From assembly GCA_963733375.1 (NCBI GenBank), contig CAVTDB010000001.1, forward strand, positions 1 through 64,000: 64,000 nucleotides of DNA, in the 5' to 3' direction. This document shows, piece by piece, positions 57,184-64,000 of the stretch. The notes under the pieces are model-generated. The model saw nothing but the letters and a program-made list of their open reading frames with translations, made no database searches and was not told the origin of the DNA. This stretch comes from Nitrospirota bacterium (GTDB lineage Bacteria > Nitrospirota > JACRHJ01). How positions within the stretch are numbered: the first letter of the stretch is position 1; every line of letters starts with the position of its first letter. The position numbers were made by a program, and so were the translations under genes.

Positions 57184-57201
57184 CTGTCCTCCGCCTTTTA
57201 T

Positions 57202-58548
57202 TTAATGCCCAAAAAATTTTTGGAACACGCTGGTTTTTTCTTTCTTGGTTTTCTGAAGCACCCTCGCCGATGCCTTGTCCACCGGACTTTCCGGCGGCCT
57301 CTCAGGCAAACCCTCCGATACCGGCTCCGGAAGCTTCCTCCCCTCCTCCGGAGGCTTTGCCTGAGGCAGGCTCGGAGGCTCCTTTGGCCGGTCGACCGGC
57401 TTCGGCCCCGGCGGCAGTATCTCCACGGCCGTTATCGCTTCCGCGCCTTCGCCGGAAAGCTCCACGTCCAGGGATACCTTCAGCGTGACCTCTTTCATCC
57501 CGCCCTGGGTAGTAAGACGTACCGGGAGCGAAAAAGAAAGCTTCGACCCTCCCAGCGTCCTGCTCTTCGGCTCATCGTAAGTTAAAAGGTCATTGGCGGC
57601 CGGCACCGGGCCGCTTAGCGCATCCAGCTCCTGAATAAAATCATTTTCAGATAGCTCGGCAACCATTTCTTCGACCGACAAATCCTCGTACTCTTCGTCT
57701 TCCTCGATTTCCTTCAGTACCGGAGAATGGACCGGCTCTGGAGCTCTGGCATCCTGCGCCGCCTCAGGCCGGTTCCGGCTCCAGTTCCGGCGAGGCTCAG
57801 GTCTCTGCGCCGCCTCAGGCGGTTCCGGTTCCTCGTCCGGTATGGAGATAGCAGGCGCGGAGACGGATGAGCGGATTTTTATTACATCTTTCTCAACTTC
57901 CCCGGACGCTTTGTCGTTCGCCTTTTCCCCGCTTAATTCGTCTAAATTGATCTGGTGCCCTTCCGGGTCGTGCTTTAAACTATGGAGGATGAATTTCACC
58001 ATTGCGGTAAGCGTGGGGAGCACGCCTTCGCCTTTTACGGCGGACGCCTCAAAGTATGGAAGTCCTTTGGGGTTTAAATAATCCTCCATCTCCTCGACAG
58101 TCGCGGCGCCCGGCAAGTCTCTTTTATTGTACTGGATAACTAAGGGAAAATCGGCGGCATCGATGCCCATATCCGTGAGGTTCTGTTTTAAGTTCTCGAA
58201 GGACTGGACGTTCTCATTCATCATCATCTTCTGCGAGTCCGCAACGAAGACGACGCCGTCCGTGCCTTTTAAAACCAGCTTCCTCGTGGAGTTATAGAAT
58301 ACCTGGCCCGGCACGGTATACAGGTGAAAGCGGGTCCTGAAGCCTTTGATTTTGCCCAGTTCCACGGGCAGGAAATCGAAGAACAGCGTCCGGTCACCCT
58401 GCGTCGAGAGAGAGATAAGCTTCCCTTTGTTTTCAGGCCTTATCTTCTCGTACACGCTCTGGATGTTCGTGGTCTTTCCGGAGAGACCGGGGCCGTAATA
58501 GACTATCTTGGCGTTTATCTCCCTTGTCGCGTAATTTACGAGTGCCAC
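57202..58548 (-). CDS. MglA-like small GTPase with long acidic/Pro-rich C-terminal extension
   Basis: KIVYYGPGLSGKTTN, DRTLFFDF, TVPGQ, NKRD; GTG start after GAGG RBS. Confidence 0.85.
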   Translation of the reverse strand: MALVNYATREINAKIVYYGPGLSGKTTNIQSVYEKIRPENKGKLISLSTQGDRTLFFDFLPVELGKIKGFRTRFHLYTVPGQVFYNSTRKLVLKGTDGVVFVADSQKMMMNENVQSFENLKQNLTDMGIDAADFPLVIQYNKRDLPGAATVEEMEDYLNPKGLPYFEASAVKGEGVLPTLTAMVKFILHSLKHDPEGHQINLDELSGEKANDKASGEVEKDVIKIRSSVSAPAISIPDEEPEPPEAAQRPEPRRNWSRNRPEAAQDARAPEPVHSPVLKEIEEDEEYEDLSVEEMVAELSENDFIQELDALSGPVPAANDLLTYDEPKSRTLGGSKLSFSLPVRLTTQGGMKEVTLKVSLDVELSGEGAEAITAVEILPPGPKPVDRPKEPPSLPQAKPPEEGRKLPEPVSEGLPERPPESPVDKASARVLQKTKKEKTSVFQKFFGH

Positions 58549-58636
58549 TAAATCCTCTAAATGCTTATTAAAAAAATAAAAATCGAGCCTATAGAAATAG
58601 CATGAACGACGGCGCTGTGTCAATATAAATTGGTGC

Positions 58637-59386
58637 TTACCTGGCCCTGACCACCCATGCCGGATATCCCTCGCGGGCCAGCTTATCAGCCAGTTCCATC
58701 GCCGGTTTCCTCTCCCGGAAACTACCCGCCTGCACCCGGTTATATATTACTCCCTTTATCTGTGCCTTCGATATCCTGACGTCCTGATAACCGAGTTCCA
58801 GCCCCAGTCTCAAGTGTTCCGCGTTCTCCGGGTCCGAGAATGCCCCGACCTGCACCCTGTAAAATCCCTTTCCCGAGACGTCACCTATCTTTACTTCCTT
58901 GATATATGAGATGTCGCGTCCTATCTCCTGGACGATTACCGGCCCGGTGTCCAGCCGGCCTATAGCGCGCGACGCTCCGCGCGAGATGTCCAAATCCACG
59001 TCCAATACAAACGGCCCGCGGTCGTTTACCGTCACTACGCACTCTTTCCCGGTCTTCGGGTGCTTGATTTTCAGTTTGGTTCCAAAGGGATACGTCTTGT
59101 GCGCGCATGTCAGGCCGTCCTGGTCGAATACCTCTCCGGACGCCGTGCGATGCCCTTGAAAGCCCGGCCCGTACCAGGAGGCAATCGCCTGGTAAACCGT
59201 ACCGGCGGGCGGGGGCGGTTTGCCCGGGCCGGTATCCGTCAGGGGCATCCCGTTCCTGTCCACCTTCGGGAGCGGGCGGTGCTTTATCATTGGCGATTGG
59301 GCTTCCCTTTCCGGGGCGTGCGCGCAGGCGGAGAGAATAAAAAAACAGAGCAGGGTTATCGACAGCTTTTTATGGAAGTCCGGCAT
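58637..59386 (-). CDS. rlpA: RlpA-family septal lytic transglycosylase lipoprotein with SPOR domain
   Basis: Lipobox LSAC, ASWYG, TCAHKT, VNDRGPF, YRVQVGAF. Confidence 0.88.
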   Translation of the reverse strand: MPDFHKKLSITLLCFFILSACAHAPEREAQSPMIKHRPLPKVDRNGMPLTDTGPGKPPPPAGTVYQAIASWYGPGFQGHRTASGEVFDQDGLTCAHKTYPFGTKLKIKHPKTGKECVVTVNDRGPFVLDVDLDISRGASRAIGRLDTGPVIVQEIGRDISYIKEVKIGDVSGKGFYRVQVGAFSDPENAEHLRLGLELGYQDVRISKAQIKGVIYNRVQAGSFRERKPAMELADKLAREGYPAWVVRAR

Positions 59387-59452
59387 GACAGGATTTTATA
59401 GGTGTGAAGGGGCTATGTCAACGGGTTTGCTCCCTTGGCCTCCTTCCTTATA

Positions 59453-59512
59453 ACCCTCCCCACCTGCGGGGGGGGGGTCGACCGTTACTCGGAGAGGGCC
59501 GGGAGAGGGTGA
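59453..59512. repeat. REP-like GGGAGAGGG element
   Basis: ACCCTCCCCACCTGCGGGGGGG..GGAGAGGGCCGGGAGAGGGTGA. Confidence 0.45.
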
Positions 59513-59894
59513 TTTTTAGCTTAATATAAATAAAATACGTATATACTTCATCAGGATATGAAAAATTGGTGAATGCTGGAAAAAATTATGCTTAACTTTC
59601 AAATACTTGCAAAACCAGAACCCGGATTTTCCGGCCCGCCGAAATTAACCGAAAATAGGCCGTAACTCTTTCTAATATATGATTAAAAATCCCTCCGGCG
59701 CCTGAAAAACACATGTCTCAAAAACCGCCCCCAGACCCCCAAAATCGGCCTGTAAGGCCGTAAAAATGGCGTAAATTCATACCCCGATAAAAAAACGACG
59801 AATAAGTCATTTATATGTGAATAGGGGTAAATTAACGATGAGTTGGAACGCTCGAGCAGGAAGGGTTATTAAGAGCAGATGGAAATCGGGGATT

Positions 59895-60326
59895 TTATTT
59901 ACTGATGAGCTTCTTGTACAACTTTTTCATTTCTTCATATTGTTTTGGATTACTTTGTTGTTCCGGTGTTGCTGCAGTAATGAAAATACCTTCGTAATAT
60001 CCAACAAAAGCGTCATTATAAAATTTCGCCAGTTTTTTTGAGAGAAGATTATTATTCACGAGAAACGCAAAATATTCCAGAGTATTGAAAAAAAGACTTA
60101 ACCATTTTCTTGTTTCAGCGATATCTTTTTTGCTTTGATATTCTTTATAATATTTTTCTTCTAAATTTCTGATTTCTAAGAAGAAGGATTGAAAGGTAGC
60201 AATATTTCTAGAACGGGAATTTTCTCTTATGGCAAGATAATTAAAAAACAAGGCACTTACTGCTGCAAGGGCAGCTACTACTGCCCCAATCATACTCCAA
60301 AATTCGACGCTTAGTTTAGCAATCAT
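59895..60326 (-). CDS. AT-rich single-TM hypothetical protein (DUF4760-like)
   Basis: N-terminal TM, FFNTLEYFAFLVNNNLL motif; AT-rich codon usage. Confidence 0.55.
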   Translation of the reverse strand: MIAKLSVEFWSMIGAVVAALAAVSALFFNYLAIRENSRSRNIATFQSFFLEIRNLEEKYYKEYQSKKDIAETRKWLSLFFNTLEYFAFLVNNNLLSKKLAKFYNDAFVGYYEGIFITAATPEQQSNPKQYEEMKKLYKKLISK

Positions 60327-60596
60327 TTATTCATTAGGCGAACTATCAGTTGGGGCAGACGCGATAGGAGTAGCGGCAACGGGTGAAGAAGCAGGAGAAG
60401 ACGTAGTTGCAGAATCGCCTGAGGATTGTACAAATTCACTGACTAAGTTGCTGTGATTAAAACTTCTTGTTATATCCGAACTATTATCTCTACCCATGGC
60501 TCCGCCTCCTATTTTAATTTGCTTGACCAATTCACTGTAATTATAAGAACCAACTACTCTTTCTAAATCGTCTTCTTTTTCTTCACTCATATCCAC
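60327..60596 (-). CDS. AT-rich small Ser/Pro-rich hypothetical protein
   Basis: 89 aa ORF whose stop abuts the next ATG; internal repeat SYNYSELV / SFNHSNLV. Confidence 0.45.
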   Translation of the reverse strand: MDMSEEKEDDLERVVGSYNYSELVKQIKIGGGAMGRDNSSDITRSFNHSNLVSEFVQSSGDSATTSSPASSPVAATPIASAPTDSSPNE

Positions 60597-60750
60597 CCTT
60601 TTGCTTTGGGTTTAAGATAAAGGGGCCCGAAACTAAGATTACAACAAGTCATAACTACCACATATTGACGTAGCTTGTCAATAGTTTTCTATATGCTGTA
60701 TATTTAGAGTTAGCAGAAAATCAGATACACTTCCTAATTTTAGCATGGAA

Positions 60751-60840
60751 CTATGCGTGCAGGTCGGATTCCCAGATATGGCAGTTCTTGCAGAACCATT
60801 TGGGGACTTCGATGGCGATAACGCATCCGGCAAGTTTATT
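60751..60840 (-). pseudogene. 3'-end remnant of the zinc-ribbon gene at 62130-62349 (direct repeat)
   Basis: Reads KLAGCVIAIEVPKWFCKNCHIWESDLHA*; 25 bp identical core at 60755-60779 and 62133-62157. Confidence 0.7.
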
Positions 60841-60855
60841 GTGAAGGGTAAAATA

Positions 60856-60884
60856 AGGGACACAATCCCGTAAGATGTGTCCCT
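60856..60884. repeat. AGGGACACA..TGTGTCCCT palindrome (REP-like)
   Basis: 9-bp perfect inverted repeat with 11-nt loop. Confidence 0.5.
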
Positions 60885-60907
60885 GAATTTCCGGAGTCAA
60901 TTTGAGG

Positions 60908-61477
60908 TCAGGCTGCTTTGCTTGGCGCTGCTTTCGCCGCCTCCTTCCTGGTGACCGTCATCTCCATCTCCTTCGTTTCCTTACCGCCCTCAGGAGTGAT
61001 GTACATTTCATACCCCAGGGTGTTGTCATCCAGGAATTTGGTTACGCTGCGCCAACGCAGATGCCCTCTGACGGGGTCGTCAAGGGTGCTCTCCTGCGTA
61101 AGAGTCTTGCCGTCGGCGCTGGCGGTACCCTCAAAATAATTAATACCGGTGCTCATATTGTCGTACCAGATCGATACGACCTTCCCGGTCTGGTTGTCGT
61201 ACCCGATGAGGTTGATGCCGTTGAACGTCTCTCCCATCATATCGCCGGTATATTCCTGCTGCAGGTAACGTCCTCCGAGTATCATCTTCTGCACGCAGGT
61301 GCCTGTGGTTTCCATCGGGGGCTTATTGGGGTCCATCCGCGCTTTGGTCCTGGTAACCCAGCTCCCGGTCAGCTTCTCCAGCAGCTTGTGGACGGGGCCC
61401 GGAGTTGCCAGCTTCTTGTACGTTTCCATCATCGACTCCATGTCCATCTTGCCCTCTTTTTTCTTCTCTTTATCCAT
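60908..61477 (-). CDS. DUF1579 family protein
   Basis: ATPGPVHKLLEKLTGSW, MILGGRYLQQEY, GYDN, SIWYDNMSTG. Confidence 0.85.
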   Translation of the reverse strand: MDKEKKKEGKMDMESMMETYKKLATPGPVHKLLEKLTGSWVTRTKARMDPNKPPMETTGTCVQKMILGGRYLQQEYTGDMMGETFNGINLIGYDNQTGKVVSIWYDNMSTGINYFEGTASADGKTLTQESTLDDPVRGHLRWRSVTKFLDDNTLGYEMYITPEGGKETKEMEMTVTRKEAAKAAPSKAA

Positions 61478-61657
61478 CTCGAACCTCCCTGCATTTAGCG
61501 TTACTTAATAATATAATTATACCTGAAGATTGCCTGCGTCGCAGGCATCGGCATGTATGCATTGGCTTGGCAAAAGATTTGCAATCGTCAGGAAATGTTC
61601 TAAGTGAGATATTTGCGAGAAAATCCATGGCATGGTATGTTTTCAGTAGGAGACGCC

Positions 61658-62281
61658 ATGAAAAAAAATTTACTATCGTTTGTTGCAATAGTAGTTGTAA
61701 TAGGCGCTTTATTGGCAATAAGCTACGCGGCCCCTGCCGCTGCTGACGATGTGCGTCCTACCGTAATAAATTGTACCTGCAAGGTCTGGAATACCTATGT
61801 AGATGATTGTGCGAACTGGGTCGAGAGAGGCATGAGAAGGGACGGCGTTAATCCGACCCAATTTTATTATGAAGCGTCTAAGGTTGTGGCCAAAAGGGAA
61901 AAGGAAGCATATATAAACGGATTAATTAACGCTTACCGCGCAGTTTACTCTGTAACAAAGAAGGAAATGTATAATTTACCCTACTGCGTCGGTCAGTATG
62001 AATCTGCATTAGATGCATATGCCAACGACCCTAAAAATGCCGACGTCCCTATTTCGGCAGCCATCATAATCGTTAATAACAATATAGGCGGAAGTAAGGT
62101 TTCTATTGGGAGAATCCATTCTGGCCGGGCTAGCGTGCAGGTCGGATTCCCAGATATTAAGACGGCAGGCTTTGCAGAACCATTTCGGGACCTCGACGGA
62201 GAGGACGCATCCGGCCATTATGCATTCGCCCCGCTTCTCCGCATCGCGGTACTTCTCGTAATCCCCGGCTTGCACCGGTAG
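61658..62281 (+). CDS. Secreted helical hypothetical protein (true 3' end probably near 62100)
   Basis: AGGAG RBS, signal peptide MKKNLLSFVAIVVVIGALLA..AAA; the last part of the ORF overlaps the antisense zinc-ribbon gene. Confidence 0.6.
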   Translation: MKKNLLSFVAIVVVIGALLAISYAAPAAADDVRPTVINCTCKVWNTYVDDCANWVERGMRRDGVNPTQFYYEASKVVAKREKEAYINGLINAYRAVYSVTKKEMYNLPYCVGQYESALDAYANDPKNADVPISAAIIIVNNNIGGSKVSIGRIHSGRASVQVGFPDIKTAGFAEPFRDLDGEDASGHYAFAPLLRIAVLLVIPGLHR

Positions 62282-62349
62282 ATAATCGGTATTATTTTTT
62301 CAGATGAGCCGCACTTGGGGCAGATAATTTTTTCGGTTGTCTTATTCAT
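62130..62349 (-). CDS. Small zinc-ribbon protein (CPKC..GC..WFCKAC), frameshifted
   Basis: Joined frames give MNKTTEKIICPKCGSSEKIIPIIY..AEKRGECIMAGCVLSVEVPKWFCKAC; GGAGA RBS. Confidence 0.6.
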
Positions 62350-62377
62350 TTTCTCTCCGCATCAAATTCCACAATTT

Positions 62378-63245
62378 TTACATCACGTCCGGAAGAACGC
62401 CAGGAAACTTCCGGTAAACCCGAGGAAAGTCCCGACGAATATTATGCCGAGCCATGCCGCGGGCGGCAGGAAATGTATCCCGCCATCCATGACAGGCATG
62501 GCTTTCGAGACGGATATCCAGCGCACGGCGCGCGTAAAGGAGCCCCACCGAAAGCCCGGAAGCCATTAGCCCCTGAAGCGCCCCTTCGGCAAGGAACGGC
62601 CCCATGATAAACGGCCTTGTCGAGCCAAGGAGCTTCATCACCTCTATCTCGCCCTGGTGCCGGAGCACCGCGAGACGCAGTGTGCTGTAGCTTATAAAAA
62701 CCACCCCGACCAGGACGGCCAAGCCCAGGGCAAGCCCTGCGAATTTGAAAGAATCCAGCATCCTTTTCAGACGCCCGGCCTCTTCCCGGAGGTACTGCAC
62801 GTCCTCCACGCCCGCCATCGTCCGCAGGGCCTTTACCAGGTCGTCCGGCGAACCCGCCGCGCCTTCCCCCTTGAGACGTATATCGAAGGAGGCCGGGAGC
62901 GGGTTCATCCCGATGCTCTTGATAAGGGGCGTCTCATCAGCTTGCGGTATCCGAAAACTCCTTCAGGGCCTTATCCTTCGAGGTAAACACGACAGAGGCC
63001 ACCAGCGGGTCAGCATTAAGGCGTTTATTGACGGCGTCCATCTGGGCCGTGGTAATCCCGTCGGACAGATAGACGGTTAAAGGGAACTTCTCGTTGACAG
63101 AGGACAAGGCCCCTTGTAAATTCAGGAACAGGGCGAGGTATGCCCCCAGGAACCCCAGGGCGACCGCCAGCGTCACGGCGGTGAAGAAGCTGGTTATCTT
63201 GCTCTCCCAGAGGTTTTTTAGCGCGGTAGTCAGAAAATATTTCAT
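62378..63245 (-). CDS. ftsX: Cell division permease FtsX (frameshifts)
   Basis: TVYLSD, FTSKDKALKEF, NPLPASF, EIEVMKLLGST..FIMGPFLAEG. Confidence 0.85.
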
Positions 63246-63290
63246 GGGCCGGATTATATCTGAAAAGTAATAATTTTAAAAGAAGGAGTT

Positions 63291-63713
63291 TTAAAGGCTG
63301 TGAATTAAATACACCAGCAGGAACATCCCTATGGCAAGAAGCGCGAGCGCGGTCATTAACGTCAGAATAGGGGACGGCAGGAAGGTATCCTCGTCTATCT
63401 CTTTTTCAATCTTCCTGTACCGGATAAACGACAGGAAACCGATTGCCGCGCCCATCGCCACCAGTACTATTCCAAAGACGGACGAATATCCCGGGCCGGG
63501 TATTTTTTTGGGCAGGGAGGACGGGACGCCGGGAACCGTCCTCATGAGGAAATATTCCGCCTCCTTCAGGAACAGCGCGAACTTCTCCACCACGAACCCG
63601 AACGCCATCAACGCGATGCTCGTCCTTATCCACGCAAGGAACGTCCTCTCGTTCGCCAGGTGCACCCTTCTGTTACGCGGCTTTTTTGTCTTCTTCTCTT
63701 CCTGAGCGTCCAT
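63291..63713 (-). CDS. YidH/DUF202 family membrane protein
   Basis: HLANERTFLAWIRTSIALMAFGF. Confidence 0.9.
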   Translation of the reverse strand: MDAQEEKKTKKPRNRRVHLANERTFLAWIRTSIALMAFGFVVEKFALFLKEAEYFLMRTVPGVPSSLPKKIPGPGYSSVFGIVLVAMGAAIGFLSFIRYRKIEKEIDEDTFLPSPILTLMTALALLAIGMFLLVYLIHSL

Positions 63714-63780
63714 CTCCCTCCTCTTTCTATCTCTTTGTAATTATAACAGATAAAGGCTTTTGTCCATGATATAATATCTT

Positions 63781-64000
63781 ATGAAAATTTACGCGTATCT
63801 GGCAGATTCGGTTATATTTATCCATCTGCTCTGGATATTGTTCCTGATATTCGGCTCGCTCTGGGGCGTGCGGCATAAGGCTGTAAGGGTGGTGCATATC
63901 CTTGGCCTCGGATACGCCTTCATCATAAACCTTTTCGGATTTTACTGCCCCTTAACCCACCTTGAGACATGGCTGCAATCCAGATATTCCCCTTCCGGGG
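63781..64000 (+). CDS. DUF2784 family membrane protein (3'-truncated)
   Basis: My translation from ATG 63781: YLADSVIFIHLLWILF..H..YCPLTHLETWL. Confidence 0.75.
   Translation, partial: MKIYAYLADSVIFIHLLWILFLIFGSLWGVRHKAVRVVHILGLGYAFIINLFGFYCPLTHLETWLQSRYSPSG

Noticed and set aside
59520-59880. IS end or ncRNA in the intergenic stretch after rlpA
   Set aside because: No terminal inverted repeat pair, transposase remnant or recognisable RNA motif could be supported by eye.

Overview
Mostly core chromosome of a GC-rich Gram-negative bacterium. Gene order and protein styles suggest Nitrospirota or a related lineage of former delta-proteobacteria (inference). The sequence looks like an unpolished long-read consensus: many essential genes (pheS, pheT, folC, lptD, leuA-D, asd) are broken by single-base indels. 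Contents in order: tRNA-Val and tRNA-Asp facing each other around a small accessory islet; the ilvD-ilvBN-ilvC-psd-pssA-[Leu T-box]-leuACDB-asd block, whose spacers carry a palindromic repeat family; tsaB/rimI; an mdh-coupled methyltransferase-U32-SRPBCC cyclase-ketosynthase cluster; a tandem pair of degenerate H-NOX-like genes overlapping a pagL-like gene; rfb/ugd sugar genes; secA-accD-folC-lptD; an EndoV/EndoIII-like locus that may be fused; pheST; ruvCAB; an extended MglA GTPase; and a small variable region bounded by a partial gene duplication. The ketosynthase cluster is the best candidate for an undescribed system, possibly O2-independent alkyl-phenol/quinone lipid synthesis. No CRISPR array, integrase or transposase was recognised.
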